From the NCBI GenBank assembly GCA_963843975.1, contig CAWJMG010000001.1, positions 120,001 through 152,000 of the forward strand: 32,000 nucleotides of DNA, in the 5' to 3' direction. Position numbers and translations under genes: made by a program. Shown here one piece after another: positions 7,054 through 15,701 of this stretch. Origin of the DNA: an uncultured Actinomycetes bacterium. Lineage in GTDB: Bacteria; Actinomycetota; Actinomycetes; S36-B12; CAIYMF01. The notes below the pieces were generated by a model. The model ran no database searches, was not told the DNA's origin, and saw nothing but the letters and a program-made list of their open reading frames with translations. The number at the start of each line of letters is the position of its first letter. Positions within the stretch are counted from its first letter, which is position 1.

Positions 7054-8360
7054 CGCTCGTCCTCGCCCTCGACGCGCATGACGCCGACGACGTTGCGCAC
7101 GGCGTCGTTGGACCGGAGCCGCTCGATGGTCGCGGCGAGCGCGGAGTCGGCGGCGGTGTGCGTGCGCACCACGAGGCGGGCGTCGAGGCCGTGCCCGTCC
7201 TGGCGCACGTTCTGGATGCTCACGCCGTTGTCGGCGAAGGCCTGCGCGACCGCGGCGAGCACGCCCGGACGGTCGGCGACGTCGAGGTTGACGTAGTAGC
7301 GCGTGGTCGCGTCGCCGATGGGCAGCACGTCCAGGTGCGCGTACGTCGACTCCCCCGGACCGCGCGAGCCTGCGAGCCTGTGCCGGGCGACCGCGACGAT
7401 GTCGCCGAGGACGGCCGACGCCGTGGGCGCACCGCCCGCACCGCGGCCGTAGAACATGACGTCGCCGGCGGACTCCGCCTCGACGAACACCGCGTTGAAC
7501 GCGCCGCGCACACCCGCGAGCGGGTGGGTCCGCGGCACCATCGCGGGGTGGACGCGCACGACCACGCCCTTCTCGTCGTCCGCCAGCTCGGCGACGGCGA
7601 GGAGCTTGATGACGAAGCCCATGTCGCGCGCGGCTGCGACGTCCTGCGACGAGACGCCGGTGATGCCCTCGCGGTGCACGTCGTCGCCGCGCACGCGCGT
7701 GTGGAACGCGAGACCGGCGAGGATCGCGGCCTTCGCCGCGGCGTCGTAGCCCTCGACGTCGGCCGTCGGGTCGGCCTCGGCGTACCCGAGGGCCTGGGCC
7801 TCGGCGAGCACGTCGGCGTAGTCGGCGCCGTCCTCGTCCATCTTGGACAGGATGAAGTTGGTGGTGCCGTTGACGATGCCGAGGATGCGGCGCACCTTGT
7901 CGCCCGCCAGGCTCTCGCGCAGCGGGCGCAGCAGCGGGATCGCGCCGGCGACCGAGGCCTCGTAGTAGAGGTCGACGCCGTGCTTCTCGGCGGCTTCGTG
8001 CAGCGTGCCGCCGTCCTCGGCGAGGAGCGCCTTGTTGGCCGTGACGACGGACGAGCCCGCCGCCATGGCGGCGAGGATCAGGGTGCGAGCCGGCTCGATG
8101 CCGCCCATGACCTCGACGACGACGTCGGCGCCGGAGGCCGCGAGCGCGTCGAGGTCGTCGGTGAGCAGCTCCTGGGCGATGCCCTCGCGCGGCTTCGAGG
8201 CGTCGCGCACCCCGACGCCGACGAGGCGCAGCGTGGCTCCTGCTCGGGCGGAGAGGTCGTCGGCGGACTCGCGCAGAAGGCGTGCCACCTGGCTGCCGAC
8301 CGTGCCGCCGCCCAGCAGGGCGACGGTCAGCTCGCGGGGCGCCGCGTCGGGCGTGGTCAT
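7050..8360 (-). CDS. hom: Homoserine dehydrogenase with a C-terminal ACT domain
   Basis: N-terminal Rossmann [13 protein letters not shown], a catalytic region and a C-terminal ACT-like segment ([28 protein letters not shown]). SD GGGAGGGaaccccATG. Confidence 0.93.
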   Translation of the reverse strand: MTTPDAAPRELTVALLGGGTVGSQVARLLRESADDLSARAGATLRLVGVGVRDASKPREGIAQELLTDDLDALAASGADVVVEVMGGIEPARTLILAAMAAGSSVVTANKALLAEDGGTLHEAAEKHGVDLYYEASVAGAIPLLRPLRESLAGDKVRRILGIVNGTTNFILSKMDEDGADYADVLAEAQALGYAEADPTADVEGYDAAAKAAILAGLAFHTRVRGDDVHREGITGVSSQDVAAARDMGFVIKLLAVAELADDEKGVVVRVHPAMVPRTHPLAGVRGAFNAVFVEAESAGDVMFYGRGAGGAPTASAVLGDIVAVARHRLAGSRGPGESTYAHLDVLPIGDATTRYYVNLDVADRPGVLAAVAQAFADNGVSIQNVRQDGHGLDARLVVRTHTAADSALAATIERLRSNDAVRNVVGVMRVEGEDER

Positions 8361-8435
8361 GGGGTTCCCTCCCGGGGTGTCCGGCCTAGCGTGCCACCCC
8401 AGCGAGGGACGGCGCCGCGCAGGTCGGGCGCGTGG

Positions 8436-9878
8436 CTACGGCTGGTCGAGGCCGGCGTCGAGCGCCAGCAGGTCGTCGGGTGTCTCGCGGCGCAGGACCA
8501 CGCGGCTCGCGCCGTCCCGCACGGCGACGACCGGCGGGCGCGGCACGTGGTTGTAGTTGGAGGCCATGGCCCGGCAGTAGGCGCCCGTTGCGGCGACCCC
8601 GACGAGGTCGCCCGCCGTGATGTCGCCGGGCAGCCAGCAGTCGCGCACGACGATGTCGCCGCTCTCGCAGTGCTTGCCGACCACGCGGGCGAGGACGGGC
8701 GCGGCGTCCGACACGCGCGAGAGCAGGCGCACGGTGTACTCCGCGTCGTAGAGGGCGGTGCGGATGTTGTCGCTCATCCCGCCGTCGACGCTGACGTAGT
8801 GGCGCACGTGGCCGTTGCCGAGGTCGACCTGCTTGACGGTGCCGACCTCGTAGACCGTGACCATCGCGGGGCCGACGATCGCGCGGCCGGGCTCGACGGC
8901 GATGCGCGGGATGGCGAGGCCCAGCGCCCGGCACTCGCGGACGACGATGCCGCGCAGGAGCTCGGCCATCTCCTTCGCCGTCATCGGGTCGTCGTCCGAG
9001 CCGTAGGCGATGCCCATGCCGCCGCCGAGGTCGAGCTCGGCCACCTCGATGCCGTGCTCGTCACGGACCTTGCCTGCGAGCGCGACCAGGCGGTGCGCGG
9101 AGACCTCGAAGCCGGCGGTGTCGAAGATCTGCGAGCCGATGTGCGAGTGGAGGCCGACGAGCCGCAGCGACGGCAGCTTGAGGATCCGGCGTACGGCCTC
9201 CTCGGCCTGGCCTCCTCCGAGCGACAGGCCGAACTTCTGGTCCTCGTGCGCGGTCGCGATGAACTCGTGCGTATGCGCCTCGACGCCGACGGTGACGCGG
9301 ACCAGGACGTCGGCGACGATTCCGCGCGCCTCGGCCGCGGCGGCCAGCCGCACGATCTCCTCGAACGAGTCGACGACGTACCGCCCGACGCCGTGGTCGA
9401 GGGCGAGCTCGAGCTCGGCCACCGACTTGTTGTTGCCGTGCAGTGCGATGCGGTCCGCGGGGAAGCCGGCGCGGACGGCGGTGAGCAGCTCGCCGCCGGA
9501 GCAGACGTCGAGGCCGAGTCCCTCCTCCGCCACCCAGCGGGCGACGATCGAGGAGAGGAACGCCTTGCCGGCGTAGAACACGTCGGTGGGCACCTCGGCG
9601 TCCGCGTACGCCTCGCGGAATGCCGCGGCACGCGCCCGGAAGTCGGCCTCGTCGAGGACGTACAGCGGGGTGCCGTGCTCAGCGGCGAGGTCGCGGACGT
9701 CGATGCCCGCGAACGTGACCGCGCGCTGGCTCAGCTCTTCGCCGCCGGAGCGGACCGCCGTGCTCGGCCACACGACCGGGTCGAGCGCGTGCATCGCCTC
9801 GATGTCGGCAGGGGCTGCGGGAGCACCGGCGGGGGCGAGGATCTCGCCGAAGCGTGGCCCGGCGGGGTGTGCGCGCAT
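8436..9878 (-). CDS. lysA: Diaminopimelate decarboxylase
   Basis: Orn/DAP/Arg decarboxylase fold: ..GTPLYVLDE.., FYAGKAF (PLP Lys), [20 protein letters not shown]. The start is uncertain. ATG 9878 is the longest option. ATG 9794 ([10 protein letters not shown]...) matches the length of the M. tuberculosis LysA N-terminus, and the codons upstream of it have lower GC3. Confidence 0.9.
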   Translation of the reverse strand: MRAHPAGPRFGEILAPAGAPAAPADIEAMHALDPVVWPSTAVRSGGEELSQRAVTFAGIDVRDLAAEHGTPLYVLDEADFRARAAAFREAYADAEVPTDVFYAGKAFLSSIVARWVAEEGLGLDVCSGGELLTAVRAGFPADRIALHGNNKSVAELELALDHGVGRYVVDSFEEIVRLAAAAEARGIVADVLVRVTVGVEAHTHEFIATAHEDQKFGLSLGGGQAEEAVRRILKLPSLRLVGLHSHIGSQIFDTAGFEVSAHRLVALAGKVRDEHGIEVAELDLGGGMGIAYGSDDDPMTAKEMAELLRGIVVRECRALGLAIPRIAVEPGRAIVGPAMVTVYEVGTVKQVDLGNGHVRHYVSVDGGMSDNIRTALYDAEYTVRLLSRVSDAAPVLARVVGKHCESGDIVVRDCWLPGDITAGDLVGVAATGAYCRAMASNYNHVPRPPVVAVRDGASRVVLRRETPDDLLALDAGLDQP

Positions 9879-9956
9879 GCGGCAAGGCTACCGAGCAGCC
9901 GCGCGCCCGCCCCCGGGAGTTCCACCCCCTGGACAGCGGGCGTCCGCGAGCCAGGG

Positions 9957-11624
9957 CTACATGCGCTCGGGGGCGCTGACTCCGAGCATGTCGAGGCCGT
10001 TGGCGAGGGTCTGGCGCGCGGCGGCGCACAGCCACAGGCGGGCGAGGTTGATGGGCTCGACCTCGGCGTCGCTCATCGGCAGCACGCGGCAGACGTCGTA
10101 GAACTTGTGGTACGCCGTCGCGAGCTCCTCGAGGTAGCGCGCGACCCGGTGGGGCTCGCGCAGCTCGGCGGCCGAGCCGACGATGCGGGGCAGCTCGCCG
10201 ATGACGCCGAGCAGCGCGGTCTCGCGCTCGTGCGACAGCAGCGACAGGTCGGGGTCGGCCGAGCGCCAGTCGATGCCGACGTCGACCGCGTTGCGCAGCA
10301 CCGAGCTGATCCGGGCGTGCGCGTACTGCACGTAGAAGACCGGGTTGTCGTTGCTGCGCTGCACGAGCAGGTCGAGGTCGAGGGTGAGCGGGCTGTCCGC
10401 GGGATAGCGGATGAGGGAGTAGCGGGCGGCGTCGACGCCCACCTCCTCGACGAGGTCCTCGAGGGTGATGATGTTGCCGGCACGCTTGGAGAGCCGGACC
10501 TCCTCGCCGCCCTTGTACATCTTCACGAGCTGCCCGATGAGCACCTCGATGTTGAGGTCGGGGTCGTCGCCCGCGCAGGCCGCGACCGCGCGGAGGCGGT
10601 TGACGTAGCCGTGGTGGTCGGCGCCGAGCAGGTAGATGCACACGTCGAAGCCGCGGTTGCGCTTGTCGACGTAGTACGCCGTGTCGCTCGCGAAGTACGT
10701 GAGCTCGCCGTCGGCCTTGACGAGGACGCGGTCCTTGTCGTCGTCGAAGTCGGTGGTGCGCAGCCAGACCGCGCCGTCGGCCTCGTACATGTGGCCCTGC
10801 TCGCGGAGCTTGTCGAAGCCGCGGTCGACGGCGCCGCTCGAGTGCAGTGTGCGCTCGGAGTACCAGACGTCGAAGTGCGTGTTGAACCCGTCGAGCGTGT
10901 CCTTCTGCTGCTGCAGCTGCAGGGCGTAGCCCGCCTCGCGGAACGCGACCATGCGCTCGTCCTCGGGCAGCCCGACGATGCCGGGGTCGGCGGCCACGAT
11001 CTGCTGCGCGAGCTCGTCGACGTACGCGCCCTGGTAGCCGCCCTCGGGCACGTCGGTGCCGAGCGCCCGCGCCTCCAGCGAGAGGCCGAACTTGTCCATC
11101 TGGACGCCGCGGTCGTTGACGTAGAACTCGCGCTCGGCGTCTGCGCCGGCAGCCTCGAGCACCCGCGCGATGGCGTCGCCGACGGCGGCCCAGCGCGTGT
11201 GGCCGAGGTGCAGCGGGCCGGTGGGGTTGGCCGAGATGAACTCGACGTTGAAGCGCTGCCCGGCGTACCGGTCGATCCGTCCGTACGCCTCGCCGGCGGT
11301 GACGACGCTGCGCGCGAGCTCGCCGAGGGAGGCCGCCTCGAGCGTGATGTTGAGGAAGCCGGGGCCGGCGATGTCGACCGAGGCGATCGCGTCGTGGGCG
11401 CGCAGGCGCGCGGCGACGAGCTCGGCCACCGCCCGCGGGTTGGTGCCGGCGGGCTTGGCGAGCTGCAGGGCGATGTTCGTGGCGTAGTCGCCGTGGTCGG
11501 CGTTGCGGGGACGCTCGACGGTGACCTCGGCCGGGACGAGTGCGGGGTCGAGGGCGAGCTCGCCGTCGGCCACGGCAGCGAGAACGGCTGCTCGGACCTC
11601 GGCGGCGATCTGGTCGGGCGTCAT
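9957..11624 (-). CDS. argS: Arginine--tRNA ligase
   Basis: Class I aaRS with HIGH-type motif SANPTGPLHLGH, the ArgS N-terminal domain and the C-terminal DALR anticodon-binding domain (ends ..GVSAPERM). Start assigned to ATG 11624 (MTPDQIAAEV...); the 29-codon upstream extension in the track is rejected. Confidence 0.92.
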   Translation of the reverse strand: MTPDQIAAEVRAAVLAAVADGELALDPALVPAEVTVERPRNADHGDYATNIALQLAKPAGTNPRAVAELVAARLRAHDAIASVDIAGPGFLNITLEAASLGELARSVVTAGEAYGRIDRYAGQRFNVEFISANPTGPLHLGHTRWAAVGDAIARVLEAAGADAEREFYVNDRGVQMDKFGLSLEARALGTDVPEGGYQGAYVDELAQQIVAADPGIVGLPEDERMVAFREAGYALQLQQQKDTLDGFNTHFDVWYSERTLHSSGAVDRGFDKLREQGHMYEADGAVWLRTTDFDDDKDRVLVKADGELTYFASDTAYYVDKRNRGFDVCIYLLGADHHGYVNRLRAVAACAGDDPDLNIEVLIGQLVKMYKGGEEVRLSKRAGNIITLEDLVEEVGVDAARYSLIRYPADSPLTLDLDLLVQRSNDNPVFYVQYAHARISSVLRNAVDVGIDWRSADPDLSLLSHERETALLGVIGELPRIVGSAAELREPHRVARYLEELATAYHKFYDVCRVLPMSDAEVEPINLARLWLCAAARQTLANGLDMLGVSAPERM

Positions 11625-11745
11625 GCGCGGGAGCCTATCGGCGCAGGTCCGAGCATCCCGACCGCGTATCGCCCTCGCGCCGTCCGCCCGCTCCGAGCGG
11701 TTTCGGGCCACCCGTCCCCCGCTGGTACTGTCGGTCCCTGCCCTG

Positions 11746-11817
11746 GCCCCCGTAGCTCAGGGGATAGAGCGGTGCCCTCCGGAGGCATGCGCGCAGGTTC
11801 GAATCCTGCCGGGGGCA
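11746..11817 (+). tRNA. tRNA-Arg, anticodon CCG
   Basis: Hand-folded cloverleaf. Acceptor GCCCCCG/CGGGGGC; D-arm GCTC-AGGGGATA-GAGC. Anticodon arm GTGCC-CTCCGGA-GGCAT (CCG at positions 34-36). 4-nt variable loop; T-arm GCAGG-TTCGAAT-CCTGC; discriminator A. No encoded CCA. Confidence 0.9.
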
Positions 11818-11829
11818 CTTGATCCACCT

Positions 11830-11842
11830 GGCCCGAAGGGCC
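11830..11842 (+). terminator. Short GC hairpin 12 nt after the tRNA (GGCCC-gaa-GGGCC)
   Basis: Perfect 5-bp stem with a 3-nt loop, read directly. No U-tract. Confidence 0.3.
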
Positions 11843-12026
11843 TCCCTCTGCGAGTGCCCCCTCCCCTGATTCGGGAGGAACCCCCGCTCGCCGCCCGCCC
11901 CCGCTCTCCCCCGGCCACCCTCGGCCGAAGGCCGCACCTGCCCACCAGGCGCCGGGCGCCTCGCGAGCCAGCACGAGACGGATCCTGCCGGGCCACGATC
12001 CGCACCACGCCCCAGCACCAGCCGGG

Positions 12027-12111
12027 CAGCGGCCCGCACAGCGCCATGCTCCGCGCCGAGCAGACAAAGAATTAGCCGCGCAGCGGCCCACGAAGCGCCG
12101 TGCGCCGCACC
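12027..12111. repeat. Two imperfect 31-nt direct repeats (12027-12057 and 12081-12111; 25/31 identical, 54-nt period), each followed by an unusually A/T-rich patch
   Basis: cagcggcccgcacagcgccatgctccgcgcc versus cagcggcccacgaagcgccgtgcgccgcacc, aligned by hand. They are followed by gacaaagaattagcc and gggtagaaatgttgc respectively. Confidence 0.6.
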
Positions 12112-12113
12112 CG

Positions 12114-12158
12114 TGAAGGGTAGAAATGTTGCGCTCTTAGCAACGAAGGCCCCCTTCA
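12114..12158. promoter_or_regulatory. Nested symmetric inverted repeat TGAAGGG-N7-GTTGC-N7-GCAAC-N7-CCCTTCA, ~80 nt upstream of trmB. It is a candidate operator or small structured RNA.
   Basis: Both arm pairs are exact reverse complements and the spacers are symmetric (7/7/7). The site lies in the most A/T-rich patch of the window. Confidence 0.35.
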
Positions 12159-12235
12159 TCGCACACCCAGCCGCGCACGCGTCACCGACGCGCCACACCC
12201 CACCTAGGCTCTCGCTCGTGACGGAGGCCCACCAC

Positions 12236-12901
12236 GTGAGCGACCGCGAGCACCGCCACATCCTCACGTTCCATCCGCGGCGCGGTCGCATGACCGAGGC
12301 GCAGCGCGACGCCCTCGACCGGCTCCTCCCCCGGTACGGCGTCCCCGCAGGACCGATCGATCCCGCCTCCCTGTTCGACGGACGACCGGTGGCGCTCGAG
12401 ATCGGTTTCGGCCTCGGGCACGCCACGGTCGAGATGGCCGAGGCCGACCCGACCAGCGGCATCGTCGCCGTCGACGTCCACACCCCCGGGGTCGCGCGGC
12501 TGCTGGCGGAGATCGAGCGGCTCGAGCTCGACAACGTCCGCGTCGAGCTCGGCGACGCCGTCGACCTGCTGACCGACCGCATCGGCGAGGCCACCCTCGA
12601 TGCGATCCGCATCTTCTTCCCCGACCCGTGGCCCAAGGCGCGCCATCACAAACGTCGCATCGTGCGACCGGACCTCGTGCGTCTCATGGCGTCGCGGCTC
12701 CGCCCCGGCGGCACGCTGCACTGCGCGACGGACTGGGAGCCGTACGCCGAGGCGATGCGCGAGGTGCTCGACGCCGAGCCGACGCTCCACGATCCCTACG
12801 ACGGCTGGGCGCCCCGCCTCGCGCGACCGCTCACGAAGTTCGAGCGGCAGGGCGTCGAGAAGGGCCACGTCGTGCGCGACCTGGTCCGCACCCGCGCCTG
12901 A
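12236..12901 (+). CDS. trmB: tRNA (guanine46-N7)-methyltransferase
   Basis: ..SFHPRRGRMTEAQRDALDRLLPRY.., SAM-binding LEIGFGLGHA, FFPDPWPK, TDWEPYA. Start assigned to GTG 12236, 8 nt after GGAGG; GTG 12218 is possible. The track start at 12113 lies in the A/T-rich non-coding patch and is rejected. Confidence 0.88.
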   Translation: MSDREHRHILTFHPRRGRMTEAQRDALDRLLPRYGVPAGPIDPASLFDGRPVALEIGFGLGHATVEMAEADPTSGIVAVDVHTPGVARLLAEIERLELDNVRVELGDAVDLLTDRIGEATLDAIRIFFPDPWPKARHHKRRIVRPDLVRLMASRLRPGGTLHCATDWEPYAEAMREVLDAEPTLHDPYDGWAPRLARPLTKFERQGVEKGHVVRDLVRTRA

Positions 12902-12958
12902 CAGACGACAGCGCCGCCGGTCCTCGTGGACCGACGGCGCCGATGTCGTGCGGGGGGA

Positions 12959-13861
12959 TCAGCCGCCCCAGGGGCTCCACCACGAGGCGAGCCAGCCGCG
13001 GTAGGCGACGTAGTCCTGCTCGCCGCAGGTCGCGCGGTCGGGGGTCGCCGCGAACTGCAGTCCGCCGAAGGCGCGCCAGAACGAGGCACCCATCTGCCAG
13101 GTACCGCGGTACAGGCCGTTCGGGTTGACCGCGGTGCAGCGGCCGCCGGACTCGCGGCCGACGATCATCCGCGCGTGCGCAGAGTTGCGCCACACCGCGA
13201 ACGGCACGGCCTCGCGCGCTGCACGAGAGCTGCGCGCGGCCGCGGTCATCGTCGGGTCGCCACCGTTGGACGAGCCGGTCGAGGGCAGCGGGGCGGGACG
13301 GCTGTTGTCGCGTGACGCCTTCTCCGCGGCGGCGGCGCGCGCCGCAGCTGCCGCGGCGGCCTTCTTCGCCGCCTCGGCACGGGCAGCCGCGCGGACGGCC
13401 TTCTTCGCCTGCTGCTCGCCGAAGGTCTGGAGCTGACGGCTCGTGATGGGGCCGACGATGCCGGTGCCGCGATCGGCGCCGAGCGCCTCCTGGAAGCGGA
13501 TCACGGCGTCGCGCGTGGCCGGGCCGAAGAAGCCGGTGACGGGGACACCGAGGATGCGCTGGATGCGACGTACGCCGGCGCCGTTGTCGCCTCCGCGCAG
13601 CACCTCGGTCGAGGTGACGCGCTCGGGGGCGGCGACGGCGGCAACAGCAACCGTGGCCGGAAGGGCGTCGGGGTAGGCGGTGTCGTCGACGGACGCGGAC
13701 GTGCCGGCGCCCACGAGGTGGGTCGGCGGCAGCGTCGCTGCACCGGCCGGAGCCGGCGTCAGCATCGACAGCCCGAGGGTCGCCGAGAGCACGCCGAGCG
13801 TGACTCGGGCCCTGCTGCGTGCCACGCCCGTGCGGGCATGGATCGGCATGACGGTGGTCAT
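12959..13861 (-). CDS. Secreted cell-wall protein: signal peptide, PG_binding_1 domain, Ala/Lys-rich linker, and a C-terminal transglycosylase-like (Rpf/Apf-type) domain
   Basis: Signal peptide ..LGLSMLTPAPAGA. PG-binding repeat GDNGAGVRRIQRILGVPVTGFFGPATRDAVIRFQ. C-terminus IVGRESGGRCTAVNPNGLYRGTWQMG..WRAFGG...CGEQDYVAYRGW resembles small lytic-transglycosylase-like domains with a catalytic Glu in RES/CES. SD GGAGGA 7 nt before the ATG. Confidence 0.8.
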   Translation of the reverse strand: MTTVMPIHARTGVARSRARVTLGVLSATLGLSMLTPAPAGAATLPPTHLVGAGTSASVDDTAYPDALPATVAVAAVAAPERVTSTEVLRGGDNGAGVRRIQRILGVPVTGFFGPATRDAVIRFQEALGADRGTGIVGPITSRQLQTFGEQQAKKAVRAAARAEAAKKAAAAAAARAAAAEKASRDNSRPAPLPSTGSSNGGDPTMTAAARSSRAAREAVPFAVWRNSAHARMIVGRESGGRCTAVNPNGLYRGTWQMGASFWRAFGGLQFAATPDRATCGEQDYVAYRGWLASWWSPWGG

Positions 13862-13871
13862 GACCTTGTCC

Positions 13872-14020
13872 TCCGCCGCCTGCGAGGTGAGCTGTCGGGT
13901 TCGGCCCGAGGAAGGCCGGCCACTCTCGTGGCTTCACCCCGAGCCGGCCCGACGTGCAGGCCGGCGAGTTGGGTCCCCCGCTCCCGTCCAGGTACAGATG
14001 ACCACGGCCGTGGACGGGAC
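13872..14020 (-). promoter_or_regulatory. ydaO/yuaA-class (cyclic-di-AMP) riboswitch in the 5' leader of the cell-wall protein gene
   Basis: Minus strand: CCGCCGAGUC-[hairpin CCGUCCA..UGGACGG]-GCGGGGGACCCA-..-GGGGUGAAGCC-..-CCGAACCCGACAGCUCACCUCGCAGGCGG. This matches the B. subtilis ydaO blocks CGCUUAAUC / GCGGGGGACCCA / GGGGUGAAUCC / CCGAACCCGUCAGCUAACCUCGUAAGCG. The P1 3' strand ends 2 nt before the SD. Confidence 0.8.
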
Positions 14021-14065
14021 TCGGCGGTCCGGTCGTGGTGCCCTGCTTCCCCACAGGGCTCCTCG

Positions 14066-14095
14066 ACGCTATCCGGACGCCGCGCCGCCTGTCGA
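14066..14095 (-). promoter_or_regulatory. Candidate sigma-A-type promoter for the riboswitch/cell-wall gene (TCGACA-18 nt-TAGCGT)
   Basis: Motif read on the minus strand ~40 nt upstream of the riboswitch 5' end. It is a sequence resemblance only. Confidence 0.25.
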
Positions 14096-14317
14096 CCAGA
14101 TGCCCGAACAGCGAGACGTCTTCTGACCGGTCCGTCGTGCGTGGCGGCGGTGCGTGTTCCCCTGCGCCACGCGGGGACACGTGTGATCGAGGTCTCGCGT
14201 CCGGGGAGGCCGCGCCGTACCCTTCGAGCCTGCCGACCGTGCCGCGGGCGCCCCAGTCCCCGGCCCTGCGCTCAACCCTCGACCAGGAGTTGAGCCTCGA
14301 CGTCGGGTGGAGGTTTC

Positions 14318-15613
14318 GTGGCGAACCCCTGGGTTGCCCTGCCGGCGGGCACCGACGCGCGCGATGCCGCGCGCTCGCTCGCGCGCGCCCACTCCGGCTT
14401 CGTCACCACCGGCCTCACCGGAGGCGTGCGGGACGTCGTCCTCGAGTCGTGGCAGCGCTCACGCGCCTCGGGCGTCGACCCCGACTCCGCGCTCCCACCG
14501 GTCGACCTCCACGACGACGAGCTGTCGACCTACCGCGACGCGCACCCGCTCGCCTCCGTGATGCCCGTCGTCCGCCGCCTGCTCGTCGAGGACGCCGTCG
14601 ACACCGGGCTCGTCGTCGCCCTGTCGGACGACGCCGGCCGGCTTCTCTGGGTCGAGGGCTCGCCCGGGCTGCGCAGCCGGGCCGAGTCGATGAACTTCGT
14701 CGAGGGCGCGCTCTGGAGCGAGGCGTACGCCGGCACCAACGCCCCGGGCACGGCGCTCGCCACCGACCACGCCGTGCAGATCTTCGGCCACGAGCACTGG
14801 AACCGGATCGTCCAGCCGTGGAGCTGCACCGCCGCCCCGATCCACGACCCGGCGACCGGCAGGATCCTCGGCGTCCTCGACGTCACCGGCGGCGACGTCG
14901 TCGCCTCGCCGCACTCGCTCGCGCTCGTGCAGGCCGCCGTCCACGCGATCGAGACCGAGCTGCGGCTGCTGATGATGGCGCCGCCTGCGCCGCGCAGCCG
15001 GCGCAACAGCCCGCGCGCACTCACCCGGCGCCTCGAGATCCTGGGCGTCGACCACGGCGTGCTGCACCTCGCAGGCCAGCGCCGCACCCTCAGCCAGCGC
15101 CACTCCGAGATCGTGACCCTCCTCGCGCTGCACCCCGACGGGCTCACCACCGAGCAGCTGGCCGTCGAGCTCACCGAGGACGAGCTGTCGTCGGTCACTG
15201 TGCGCGCGGAGATGTCACGGCTGCGCGCCACGCTCGGCGACCTCGCCCCCACCTCGCGCCCTTACCGCCTTCCCGTGGTGCTCGACACCGACGCCGCCGC
15301 CGTGGCCCGGCTGGTCCGCGGCGGCGAGGTCTCCAAGGCGCTCAAGGCGTACCGCGGCCCGCTGCTCCCCCACTCGGACGCCCCGGGCGTCGTGCACGCC
15401 CGCCGCCGCCTGCACGACCAGGTGAGATCCGCGGTCCTCGGGTCGCACGACGCCAACCTCCTGCTCGCCTGGGGCGAGACGTCGTGGGGCGGCGACGACG
15501 CCGACGTGTGGGTCGAGGCCATGCGGGTGCTCCCCGCCGGCTCGCAGCAGCACACGCTCGCCCGCCTCCGGCTCGCGGCCCTCGACGAGGAGTTCGGGGC
15601 GAGCGCTCTCTAG
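14318..15613 (+). CDS. GAF-domain transcriptional regulator (AcoR-N-terminal-like sensor + C-terminal HTH), likely activator of the downstream aldehyde dehydrogenase operon
   Basis: N-terminus ..VLESWQRSRASGVDP.. and a GAF-like core (..LSDDAGRLLWVEG..ALWSEAYAGTNAPGTAL..WSCTAAPIHDP.TGRILGVLDVTG) typical of acetoin/ethanol-type regulators. C-terminal HTH-like LSQRHSEIVTLLALHPDGLTTEQLAVEL. GTG start with GGTGGAGG upstream. Confidence 0.75.
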   Translation: MANPWVALPAGTDARDAARSLARAHSGFVTTGLTGGVRDVVLESWQRSRASGVDPDSALPPVDLHDDELSTYRDAHPLASVMPVVRRLLVEDAVDTGLVVALSDDAGRLLWVEGSPGLRSRAESMNFVEGALWSEAYAGTNAPGTALATDHAVQIFGHEHWNRIVQPWSCTAAPIHDPATGRILGVLDVTGGDVVASPHSLALVQAAVHAIETELRLLMMAPPAPRSRRNSPRALTRRLEILGVDHGVLHLAGQRRTLSQRHSEIVTLLALHPDGLTTEQLAVELTEDELSSVTVRAEMSRLRATLGDLAPTSRPYRLPVVLDTDAAAVARLVRGGEVSKALKAYRGPLLPHSDAPGVVHARRRLHDQVRSAVLGSHDANLLLAWGETSWGGDDADVWVEAMRVLPAGSQQHTLARLRLAALDEEFGASAL

Positions 15614-15616
15614 CGC

Positions 15617-15637
15617 GCAACGTTGCTGCAACGTTGC
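15617..15637. promoter_or_regulatory. Tandem perfect palindrome GCAACGTTGC-t-GCAACGTTGC (11-bp register) upstream of the aldehyde dehydrogenase; candidate operator/activator site
   Basis: Read directly in the 88-nt gap between the regulator stop (15613) and the ALDH ATG (15702). It is followed by a possible -10 TACGGT. Confidence 0.5.
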
Positions 15638-15701
15638 TCTTCCTACGGTCCCTCCACACGAACGCCGCGACCACGCGGCCGGCTCGCATGGAGGCAGTTG
15701 A

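Noticed and set aside
11625-11711. 29-codon N-terminal extension of argS (MARNRSERADG...) and similar upstream extensions of trmB (12113), the second ALDH (27840) and the TasA-like gene (2744)
   Set aside because: The extensions are not homologous to the respective families, run into promoter or A/T-rich regions, and better-placed internal starts exist, several with a good SD.
7158-11822. 1554-aa plus-strand ORF spanning hom, lysA and argS
   Set aside because: It lies antisense to three clearly homologous housekeeping genes. The translation is Arg/Gly/Ala/Val-rich, low-complexity sequence typical of shadow ORFs in very GC-rich DNA.
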